A stretch of DNA of 64,000 nucleotides. It comes from Lama guanicoe. Taxonomy: Eukaryota. Each line of letters opens with the position of its first letter. Position 1 is the first letter of the stretch. The notes beneath the pieces are model-generated. The model did no database searches. It had not been told where the DNA came from and saw only the letters and a program-made list of their open reading frames with translations. The stretch lies in the NCBI GenBank assembly GCA_013239625.1, contig MU056000.1, forward strand, positions 7,663,214-7,727,213. The letters are read 5' to 3'. Below are positions 24,347 through 35,082 of the stretch, one piece after another. Both the position numbers and the translations under genes were made by a program.

Positions 24347-24885
24347 TGAGCAGAGAAAGGGGGACAGGGGCCAAATGGCAGAAAACTACACATCTTGTGA
24401 ACAATGAGGGGTCCTTGGACAGATCAAGAAAAGCAGAAACCTCCAGACTGATACAAAATCAGACATTCTGGGTTAACAAGCGTCCTGGAGGCAGACAAAG
24501 AAAGGTGGGACAAGACAGGGATCTCCACCATCTGAATATAATCTTTTTTGCTCATTATGATGACCTCATCTGACTTCCTGATCAAGACTAAATAAGGACA
24601 AAAATTCCCCCCCACCACTTCCCCCCAGGAAGGTGAAGCTGGGATGAAAATCAGGAAAGATGACCCCAAACCCTTCCCCACCAAGGAATATTCTGCCCAT
24701 TCATTTTTATAACCATATAACCAGCTTGCCAAAGAAACTCGGGGCAGTGACCCACCTGGGTCTCCCCGCTCTTCCCTTGAGAGTGTATCATCTATCCCTT
24801 AATAAATCGTTGCTTTGCTTTCTTGACTTCTGTGTCTTCTTTCTGAATTATTTCTTCAATTAGACAAGAACCTGCTCTCCCAACA
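24347..24885 (+). mobile_element. ERV (ERV1-like) solo LTR
   Basis: TG...AACA ends, ~540 bp, TATA-like catataa (~24714-24720), AATAAA at 24801-24806 followed by a T-rich U5-like segment. TSD not clean. Confidence 0.7.
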
Positions 24886-24888
24886 GCA

Positions 24889-24977
24889 TATCTGTTATCT
24901 GTCTGTCTATCTATATCTATCATCTATCATCTGTCATTTCTCTCTCCCTACTTACGTGTGTGTGTGTGTGTGTGTGT
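24889..24977. repeat. (TCTA)n-like and (TG)n microsatellites
   Basis: Directly visible. Confidence 0.9.
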
Positions 24978-25353
24978 ATGAAAGGATAAAAGGATTGGCT
25001 TGAATAACTATGAACATTTTTAATTTACTTTCTTCTAGCTCTACCTCTGACTCCAGTAGCTCCTGGCTGAATTAGTTCACTGCACAATGTGCCCTCTCTC
25101 AAAGAATCACAGGCAGAGGAGACATCCTTGGTCTTCAAGGGCTGCAAATGTGAGGCATGCACAGACTCAAAGTCATAGACGAGATATAACATGACTGCTA
25201 GGAGAGGGACTTTTTGACACAACCATTAATTTCCCCCTGTACAAGCCAAGCCGGGGAATGAATCTTACTATTGATTTTTGGAAAAATTTACATCAGCTAT
25301 TCGGTTATAGACAAGTCGTGTTGATACCACATCGCTGCCTTGATGAACTTTAC

Positions 25354-25509
25354 CATTTCATTCTATGACAGGAATGAAGTGGAAACATTGTCCATCGATG
25401 ATACATACTTATCTCTCAGTACTGGGGCTGGAGTGTTCCTCCAGTCCGAGGAATCCGGAAAGGCGTATTCTGATAGTAAACAGTGCAACAAGATCCAACT
25501 TGTAAGTAA
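25354..25509 (-). pseudogene. Candidate relic symmetric exon, 156 nt
   Basis: Acceptor ctgtcctacag| and donor ATG|gtaaag. 52 codons with one TAG. Confidence 0.3.
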
Positions 25510-25704
25510 CTGTAGGACAGCTCATATGAAAATTTCTGTCTATTGCTCTGTTCTAGAAATTAGCTTTTCATTTGCACAAATGTGCATGAACAAGAAATCT
25601 TCTGATTGTTGTTAAATTTGGAGAAAGAACCATTAATTTTAGACTTTGAGCTGAATTGAACTATGTAGAGTGAAGGGGAGAAAGTTTTAAAGGAAGATGG
25701 CAGC

Positions 25705-27316
25705 CAATTTCTTTTGTTATTGAATTTTTTATTTTTTCAAGAACAGTTAACATTTACTAGGCACCTATTGGCCTCAGTCACTTGCATCTAAAGAGCAAAG
25801 CTAATTTACCCACAACCCGTGTTCTTTTGAATGGTTAGCCTTACTTCTTAGTTCTGTTAACCACTATTCTAACATTAGCTTCAAGTTCAATTTTAATCAT
25901 CTAATCCATTATTGTCTACTGCTCCCTGCCACATGAACAAAAAAGTTTGGGGGGAGTAAGGCGAGCAGTTTACATTTTCTGTGGATAGTTCAAGTAATTG
26001 GCCCCAATGTGAAATTATTCAGTTGGCCATGGTTTCTCATGTTCTGAGGGCATAAAACATGGAAGGAAATGGGCCTACAGAAAGAGTTGGTATCCAAGAA
26101 TGTGTGAATGGGTGAAGGTCCTATAACATTACTTCAGCTGGCCTAATATCCTGAGTCACTAGATGGTCAGAAGAATAGATTGAGTACAAAAGCAACAAAC
26201 TGATGTATATTTATACTAAAAACCAAAAACAAAGTTTGTACAAGATGAACAGCAAATGAAGTCGTTTCTATCAAAATAAGATCTCACACAGGTCATTTTT
26301 ACACATACAGGGACACACACCCACACACGCACAGACACACGAGCAAGAATGTGTGTTTTGTAAGATAGGNNNNNNNNNNNNNNNNNNNNNNNNNNNNNNN
26401 NNNNNNNNNNNNNNNNNNNNNNNNNNNNNNNNNNNNNNNNNNNNNNNNNNNNNNNNNNNNNNNNNNNNNNNNNNNNNNNNNNNNNNNNNNNNNNNNNNNN
26501 NNNNNNNNNNNNNNNNNNNNNNNNNNNNNNNNNNNNNNNNNNNNNNNNNNNNNNNNNNNNNNNNNNNNNNNNNNNNNNNNNNNNNNNNNCCACAAACAAA
26601 GTCACATATCAGAACGAACAATACTGCTAAATATTCCTTTTTTTCCCCATTTTTTTTCTGTTANNNNNNNNNNNNNNNNNNNNNNNNNNNNNNNNNNNNN
26701 NNNNNNNNNNNNNNNNNNNNNNNNNNNNNNNNNNNNNNNNNNNNNNNNNNNNNNNNNNNNNNNNNNNNNNNNNNNNNNNNNNNNNNNNNNNNNNNNNNNN
26801 NNNNNNNNNNNNNNNNNNNNNNNNNNNNNNNNNNNNNNNNNNNNNNNNNNNNNNNNNNNNNNNNNNNNNNNNNNNNNNNNNNNNNNNNNNNNNNNNNNNN
26901 NNNNNNNNNNGAATCACAACGGATGAAGGGAGTAAACAAAGCGTGAGAAGCCGTCCCTCTAAAGTGTGTGAACTACGCTGCCTCTGTGCTTATAACCCTC
27001 GCGCCCGTCACCCCGACCGCCTCCTGTGCTGCCTTCAGCCACATTCGGTGTAAAGCACTTTTTAGACTCTACAGCCTGCCCTACAAAAGTGTCGCGTGAT
27101 GTCAGATTTAGGATCACTTTAGCTTTCTACTGACTTTCAAGTTAACTTTCAATTCATTTAGCATTCTAAAATAGCTCTGAGTATTTCCTTACTGGTTATC
27201 ATAGCCTTCCTATGGAACAGGCTTTAACAAACTAAATTTGCAGGGAAAAAAAAAAAAAAGCAATGTCTGTGGTCTGCATGCACATGCACTGTTCCCGGCG
27301 CCGCGTGCCTCCCTGC
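25705..27316 (-). other. CTNND2: CTNND2 3' UTR (3' end approximate; contains two N-runs)
   Basis: Follows the stop codon. Free of interspersed repeats, U-rich on the mRNA strand, and runs to the first visible AATAAA. Confidence 0.8.
25728..25733 (-). terminator. Polyadenylation signal AATAAA of CTNND2
   Basis: tttatt on the + strand. First visible canonical hexamer after the stop, with pyrimidine-rich sequence ~30-50 nt downstream on the mRNA strand. Confidence 0.75.
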
Positions 27317-27730
<414 letters not shown>

Positions 27731-27794
27731 TCAGTGACTTTCCTTTTTAAAGTTGGTTCCTGAGTCCATGTGCTATCATTCTAGACGATCTTAT

Positions 27795-28420
27795 TTTTTC
27801 AATTATTATGGTAACGTATACATAACATAAAATTTACCATTTTGATAATTTTAAGTGTATAATTCAGTGGCATTAAATACCTTCTTCGCACATGCAACTG
27901 TCACCACTATCCACACTTTCAGAACTTTTTCACCATCCAAAATAAAAACTCTTGTCTCCCATGAGTAACTCCTCATTCCCCTCTTTTCTCAGATTGTGGC
28001 AACCATCATTCTGTTCTCTGTCTCTNNNNNNNNNNNNNNNNNNNNNNNNNNNNNNNNNNNNNNNNNNNNNNNNNNNNNNNNNNNNNNNNNNNNNNNNNNN
28101 NNNNNNNNNNNNNNNNNNNNNNNNNNNNNNNNNNNNNNNNNNNNNNNNNNNNNNNNNNNNNNNNNNNNNNNNNNNNNNNNNNNNNNNNNNNNNNNNNNNN
28201 NNNNNNNNNNNNNNNNNNNNCGTCCGCTGATGACACTGGGTTGTTCCCACCTTTTGACTATTGTGAATAATGCTGCTATGAACATGGTGCACCAGTATCT
28301 GTTTTAGTCCCTGCTTTCAATTTTGGGAGGTTATGTACCAAGAAGTGGAATTGCTGGATCTGATGGGAATTCTACATTTAACTTTTTGAGAAATTGCCAA
28401 AGCAGTTGTGACAGCTGAAC
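27795..28420 (-). mobile_element. L1MB-like 3' end (antisense), with N-run
   Basis: cataacataaaatttaccatttt...ccaccttttgactattgtgaataatgctgctatgaaca...gaagtggaattgctggatc. Confidence 0.88.
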
Positions 28421-29028
28421 CATCTGACTAGATAATCTCTTTTAAATTAAAGAGGCGCACACCAGACGCTACAGAACACGAGGAGTTTATATTCACCCTT
28501 CCTGCGTCTCCCCATCACATCTAGGTGCTGGAAGCCCAGGCAGAGAGAAAGTGAAGCCATGCACGGTCCAAGGGCCCTTTGGGTATCTTCCCGCCAGCAC
28601 AGAGGGAGGGCTGAGATCGATACCTCTCTGCAGGATGGAGGCTTCTGAGTAGTGAGGGCCATCCCATCACACCTGCCCAAGTGACCAGGTACCACAGCCG
28701 TAGAAGGATACACAGAGAATCACATAATAAGAATAGGGAACCCTCTCCAAATAGTCTACCCTCTGGAGGACCAAAACGTTTCCTAACTGGGTTCAATTAA
28801 GAATAATGTGGGATGTTGAAGCCTTTGGTTAGGGGAGAGGGGTCTTCAGAATTGTCTGATGTCCTCAGCACACTTCAGTGCTCCCTGTTCTCGCTCCTGT
28901 CCTCTGCAGATTACTGTCTGATGGAGGGGGACTTGAGGGGCTCAAGGGGTCACAGGAGCCTTCAGGGTACATGAAGTGTAGAATTAGTTCCCTCTGCCTG
29001 GCCTGAAGGACAGGAACACAAAGAATGT

Positions 29029-29575
29029 TCACAGCTGATCATTAGCATTTGTATGTGGGAGCCTGGCTATCCCTCTCTCCCCACTGCCTCCGGGGCCCCT
29101 TCCTACACACCACGCCCCGACAGTGAGGACACCCACCAAGGCATGGGATGAGGGCCATCCCTCTAGACAGTGCGTGGTGACATCCACAGAACTCCTCACG
29201 TGCAATGCCTCCGGGCGGGGAGGTCTGCTGGGAGTGATGGAACACTCCTGCATAAGCGCAGTTTGATCGCTTTCCAGCAGATCCGGTAATTCTGTGTTAA
29301 TGTAACTAAGGTTCAGCGTGGAAACATCTTCTAGTGATTGGTCTGAGTTAACCGATAATGATTTGTAATTAGCACGCTGTGTGTAAATGGACGCATCTAA
29401 CAGCCTGCCCATAATTCTTCTCTCAAGGGAGTGAAACTCCCTCTTTACTATGTCATTGATGCACCCTCGTCATCGACCTGCTCTTCAAAGAGGTGGTGAA
29501 CTTCATCACAGCTGCTGTCCAGGACGTCCCACACTTCCAGTTAGTGGTGGCTGAATGTGTGAGGTTTCTGTCTAC
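29029..29575 (-). pseudogene. Candidate relic/alternative exon in CTNND2 last intron
   Basis: Acceptor ggactttgacag| with a TTAAC branch-like motif. Contains the 127-aa ORF 29029..29412. Confidence 0.4.
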
Positions 29576-29944
29576 CTGTCAAAGTCCACAGAGCGCAAAC
29601 GTGCGTTAACCATGAGCCCAGGCGTGAGGGGGACACCGAGGGCTGCACTCCAACGTTGCTGAGCCCAGGGCTCCCCGAGTGCTGGGATAGGCTAGAGGGC
29701 CCTTTGCCATTCTTTGGAGAACAGAGTGCTCTGTTGAACCTCTCCACTCCAACCAGTGCTGCTACCCACATGAAAAGCACACAGAGGGTGAGAGCTGGGA
29801 GGTCTGGAAAAATTACACAGGGAGGGAACTAGAATTTACTGTTTCTATTTCAGTGGGCATTATATTTAACATTTAACAAATTCTTTTTTGTCTAATCTGT
29901 ATATGTCTATATAGGTATGTATCTCTACATATATGTATGTGTGT

Positions 29945-30190
29945 TTCTGTCTATCTATAGCTATCCATCCATCCATCCATCCATCCATCATCTACTTATT
30001 TATCTATCTCCTTCTCTCCCTCCCTCCCTTTCTCTCTTTCTTTCTTCCCATCAATTATCCACCTAGCTCCCACTTTAGAGATGAAGAAACTGAAGGTCAG
30101 AGAAGTTAAGACACTTCTGTAGGATGCCACGGCTAGTGGTGGTGTGAGGCTGGGATGTAAATGCAAATCTGGCTGACTCCAAAGTCCACC
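29945..30190. repeat. (TCCA)n/(TCTA)n simple repeats followed by a MIR (~30065-30190)
   Basis: Visible tetranucleotide run, then tttagagatgaagaaactgaaggtcagagaagttaag. Confidence 0.8.
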
Positions 30191-30363
30191 TTTCCGAGAC
30201 ACGAGCACAGACTCAGTTGAGTGGATTCCAGACTCTGTGATAAGAAGGGAGGCCGGTGGACAAAGGAGACCAAGACGAGATCTTGAGCACTTCTCTGTGC
30301 TGCTCTCGGTGGCCAGAGGAGGCAGTGCCGGAGCTTGGACGGTCTTCTGGGGAAGGTACTTAC

Positions 30364-31420
30364 AAGACTTGTGGTCTCCTCCANNNNNNNNNNNNNNNNN
30401 NNNNNNNNNNNNNNNNNNNNNNNNNNNNNNNNNNNNNNNNNNNNNNNNNNNNNNNNNNNNNNNNNNNNNNNNNNNNNNNNNNNNNNNNNNNNNNNNNNNN
30501 NNNNNNNNNNNNNNNNNNNNNNNNNNNNNNNNNNNNNNNNNNNNNNNNNNNNNNNNNNNNNNNNNNNNNNNNNNNNNNNNNNNNNNNNNNNNNNNNNNNN
30601 NNNNNNNNNNNNNNNNNNNNNNNNNNNNNNNNNNNNNNNNNNNNNNNNNNNNNNNNNNNNNNNNNNNNNNNNNNNNNNNNNNNNNNNNNNNNNNNNNNNN
30701 NNNNNNNNNNNNNNNNNNNNNNNNNNNNNNNNNNNNNNNNNNNNNNNNNNNNNNAAATTTCTTACTGTTCTCTCTGGTGGGTGGATGTTTTGGGGTTGGG
30801 CACAAGCTTATTTTAGTCTCTTATCTTGGGGAATTGCCTCCTTCAGTTCATCTGTATTGTTCATAAAAGTCCCATATCAACCCCTTCCAAGGCTGAGTTC
30901 CTTGGGGAGTTTGTGGAAACAAACTACCCAGGATGGGCTGATGGTGGCACAGCTGTGCTTGAAGGAAATAGATTTGCTCGCTGGCCTGGCAGTATGGACA
31001 CTGGCTGGTAAGATGCATTCATAGTGGAGACATGTTGGGCAGGTTTCATAATTTGCCCTAAGAGAATATCTGACAGTGTTCAAAATTAGGCAAATGAAAT
31101 GCTCCCAAATACAAGGAGCTAAAATAAATGCATTTTTTCTTAACATGGCACAGAAAACCAGACCTCTGTGAAGGAAGTGGAACAATGCCCCTATACAGCA
31201 GTGGTGATTCTGAATCTGAGTGTCCGCTGCGGTCTGGAGAAGCCCTGGCCCATCCGAGGAGCCTGAGGCTGCTGCCTGCTTTGGCTTAAGGCAGCGACCT
31301 CTCTGGGAAGGGTGGGTATGACCAGCCGGCTCGCAGCACCATCGCTGGGGTCCGCGATTTTGGTGATTTGTCCTGTGGCACCCGCTCATGTAAAAGTCAT
31401 CCTTGCTGAACGTTTTCCTC
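30364..31420 (-). pseudogene. Candidate relic exon block(s) in CTNND2 last intron
   Basis: 170-aa ORF 30877..31389, internal acceptor attctcttag| (31060-31058), and GTAAGT donor at 30363. Confidence 0.33.
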
Positions 31421-31567
31421 AGTAGTAGAATGTTTAGTTTAAGTTAGGAATGACAGTGCCCCTTCTCCATCTCCCTACTCTGTAGCACAATGACAGAAGA
31501 CTTCTTTGTGATTCCTCACCGAAGACTCAGGGCGTCACTGTACAATGAAGAAGGCCGTGTGGTCAGG

Positions 31568-31750
31568 CTCGGTGGTTCTCAAAGTGTGGTCCCCGGCAGG
31601 AGCAACCGCAGCACCTCAGAACTTGTTAGAGGTACAAGTTATTGGGCCTCACCCCAGACATACTGAATCACAAATTCTGGGCTTGGGGTCCAGTATTCTG
31701 TGTTTAACATCCTTCCTGGGGATTCTGACTCACGGTCGGATAGATCTGAG
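31568..31750. mobile_element. MER5A
   Basis: ggtggttctcaaagtgtggtcccc...gaacttgttagaggtacaa...ccccagacatactgaatca. Confidence 0.85.
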
Positions 31751-32199
31751 GACCCTGATACAGAGGAGGGCACGTAGAACGGGAGGGCAGAAGAACCAGG
31801 CTGGAGTCTGTCTCTCTAGCTTCTTAAGGTGACTGGGGACAAACCCTCACCCTCCTTGAACCCCGATTTCCCCAGCTCTGGGGCTAATTTTACCCACCCT
31901 GCCCCCGACAGCAGGGCTGAGGACACCAATGAGGAACCTGAGGTGCTGTTTTTGTTGTCATCAGTAATAATTTGAATACTGGTCAACGAAACACCAATCC
32001 CTCTGTTTCAAGATTATGAACAAAAATCCTATTGCCAGCAGGACACCGTTAAATATGCTATTTTTCTTTATCAGTACAGGACGTACTGGTGGCCGTTCAG
32101 TAGGCGTTTTGGAGCGTTTAAGTACTTAACTCTTAAAATGATGTCTGTGACCCGCTAACCCCAAACATAAAAACCAAGTATTGCCCAACTAGAAGGGGA

Positions 32200-34077
32200 C
32201 CAAATTGCCAACTCTTTTGAACCCTAATTTCCCACTATTGGTTGTTTCTTCTAGGAGTCCTTAAGCTTGAGAATTCATTGAAATTGAGACTCGGGTGGCA
32301 GGTAGTCATGCGGGGAGTGTCACAGCTGAGTGGACCCTGGACTGCCTTTCTGCTGAGACAGGGAAAGCCTGGCTCACAGCTCTTGCCCTGGCCACCCTCT
32401 TGCTCGGCCGTGCCTCCAGGGCTATTGCTTTATTTTCAGATCTCTTGTCTTTCACCTTGGCCCAGAGATCCCTCTGAAACTGGTTTCCCTTGGGGAATCA
32501 CTTCTTCTCTAGAATGAATCTCTATCCATCCTCCTCTGCAAAGCCTAAGGTCCAGCTTTGACACTGAAACTAAATGGACTCCAGGACATCCCTCCTGGTT
32601 AAAATTTTCAAGCTGGCCTGATACTGAGAGGCTGTGAGGTGACTTTTGACCCAGGAAAGTTCCAAAAACAAAAGCCACCAGGGACAGCCGAACGTGCTCC
32701 CACGGGCAGAGAATCCAGATCACAGATACTGTTTACAAGGTCGTCTCCAGAACCACCGAACTAGAAGGGGACCAAACTGCCAGCTCTTTTGAAAGGTTAG
32801 GATGGTCTTACGTCACTGAATTCCCAAGAGGGAAAGCTGCAGGTAGGGTCAAAGCTTACTCCAATCAGAGTCCCAAATAAGTCAAATGCTTTATCTCTTC
32901 TCCCCAAGTCACTGGAGTATTATAATGATTCCGGGGGGATTTTTTTAGGTTAAAAATTTTCTCTTTGGTGGACAGTTAAAAAATGTTTCTTGGTATTAGG
33001 ATGGAGTTGCCTGCCCAGTTGCCCCCTTCCCTTTGCTGGACCAGCTCAGGAAATGATGACGGTGCAGAGCTCTGGCCGTGGGGCTCAGCTCTGTCAGGAG
33101 CCTGCCTGTAAGGTGTCCCCTGTGCTGACAAGTGGCTCAGAGCTTGTCCTTCATCCAGACTTGGTCTCAGCACATTCGCCTGGGACACTATGTCCTTGAT
33201 GTTTCACACTGAGGTGGAGCTGAGAACATTCTGGGGCATCCTGGGAAGAAGGCGGTGCTCACCCTCACGGCAGGGAGGCCATCTCAGTGCATTGATTCTA
33301 ATGTTCTTAAATGCTCAGAATAGGCTGGGGTAAAAAGAATGTGCCTCTTGGAACCATTATGGACTGTCCTTGAAGTCTAGATTGCAAGCAGTCCTTTGGA
33401 ATCCATTGCAGCCGCACTGTGGGATGCCAGGACCCCTGGGCCACACCAGGGTGCTTCTTCACTGCCAGCAGTAGCGGGATTCCCTGGAGACAGAGACTGA
33501 TGTAGAACAGGAGGATTCTGGTGATGAGCTTCTCTTAATCTATGGAAACTAAAGACCCCTCTTACACTCCTGGATGCAAAACTAGGGTCCTGTCACATCC
33601 TGGCAATGTCTGTAAGAGCTTGAGATGGTTGGCTCCCTGTACGTGATATTTGCTAAAAGAAAACGCATCGGTTTCCATGATCAGCGTCGGCATTTCCATT
33701 TTCCTTTCTGTCTGGCAGGCACGTGGACCTCTGAATAGCTTGGGGCCACCCCCAGGGACCTCCTGTCTGGAGCTCATGCTCCTGTGTATGTATTCACCGG
33801 CTTCTCTGCTTTTAGCAAAACACCAGCACTGTGTCCTCCCCCTTCCTCCCTTAGAAATAGTCCTGTACCAGTCATTCCACCTGCTACAAGGGAGTTTCTT
33901 TTCTTTTCAGAGATGCTGCCCTGCTGGGTGGCAAGAACTCTTCAGGAACAGCACATTTCCCTTCTGTGTTTACTTTCATCTGTTCACTGCGATCAAACAA
34001 ACAGCTTCCAGGTTTATCTTTTCAGTACAACTTTCCGGACGTACGGCGGAAATCTACAGCACCTGCAGAAGCCAGTC
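32200..34077 (-). pseudogene. Candidate relic giant exon in CTNND2 last intron
   Basis: Acceptor ctgttaccag| at 34080-34078. ~1.9 kb with no recognisable repeat and successive S/P/Q/E/G-rich minus-strand frames. Confidence 0.33.
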
Positions 34078-34309
34078 CTGGTAACAGTGATCAGGAGTCA
34101 ACGGTTATAAAGAATGTCAGTCTTTCTGGGATGATTGCCATGGGGAAGGAAAAGCATGAAGTGGTCGATCAATAAAGGAGCAGAGGCTGTGCCCTTTTGC
34201 TTTTATGGTTCCTGTAGAACCACAAGGAAAACGAGCCTTCTACGAGTATTTGCTAAATAAAACATACACACAAACACAGATCGATTCGTTAAGTATCTAC
34301 TGGCCGAGG

Positions 34310-34495
34310 CCCCTCACATGTGAATGTGCACACGAATCACCCAGACAGCTTGATAAAATGCCTCTCTGATGGAGAAGACCCTGAAAGGGTTAGGGTTAGG
34401 GTTAGGGGTCAGTGAAACATCTCTTCTGAGTTTCTAACAAGCCCCCAGGTGATTTGGTCGCTGCTGGTTCCACCACTAGCCTGGGCAGCGAGGCA
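34310..34495. mobile_element. MER5B-like MITE with central telomeric insert
   Basis: aatgtgcacacgaatcacccag...ttgataaaatgc / tttctaacaagcccccaggtgat...gctgctggt. Confidence 0.7.
34386..34407 (+). repeat. Short interstitial telomeric repeat AGGG(TTAGGG)3
   Basis: Exact match visible. Confidence 0.95.
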
Positions 34496-34923
34496 CAGCG
34501 CGATGCCTTCTATTCTGTAGTTCACGCTGAGCTCAGTGTGTCCGTCTTACTGGTAATTGCCGTGGATAATAAATGCTCTCTTCCGAATGAGGACTAGCTG
34601 GGTTACAGGAGCTACTTAATCCATGTTTAGTAATTACACAACTTGTCTAGTAACCAGCATCTTACATTTGTGAATTTGGGGCTTTCTTTCAGGTTTTGCA
34701 TCCCAGTAGAAAACTTGCTTTCTACCAACAGATAAAGCACATGGTTGTGGTGAAATCAAAGACTGTTGTCAAATTTGAGGCTGCTCTGATGACTGCCACT
34801 GACCACGTGTACACTGTGTCACATGTGAGCCAAGAGCAGCAGGCAATGCTATTTTTTCAGGTTTTCACATGTTAAAATAGAAGCCAGCGTGTTTTGTACA
34901 GCCCCGAGATATTTCACAAGTCA

Positions 34924-35082
<159 letters not shown>

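Noticed and set aside
29470-29510. Resemblance of FEEQV in the cryptic exon to FEDQV in the terminal exon (exon duplication?)
   Set aside because: Only five residues; the flanks do not align.
32187-32793. CRISPR-like repeat-spacer arrangement
   Set aside because: Only two copies 572 bp apart in mammalian DNA, with no cas genes.
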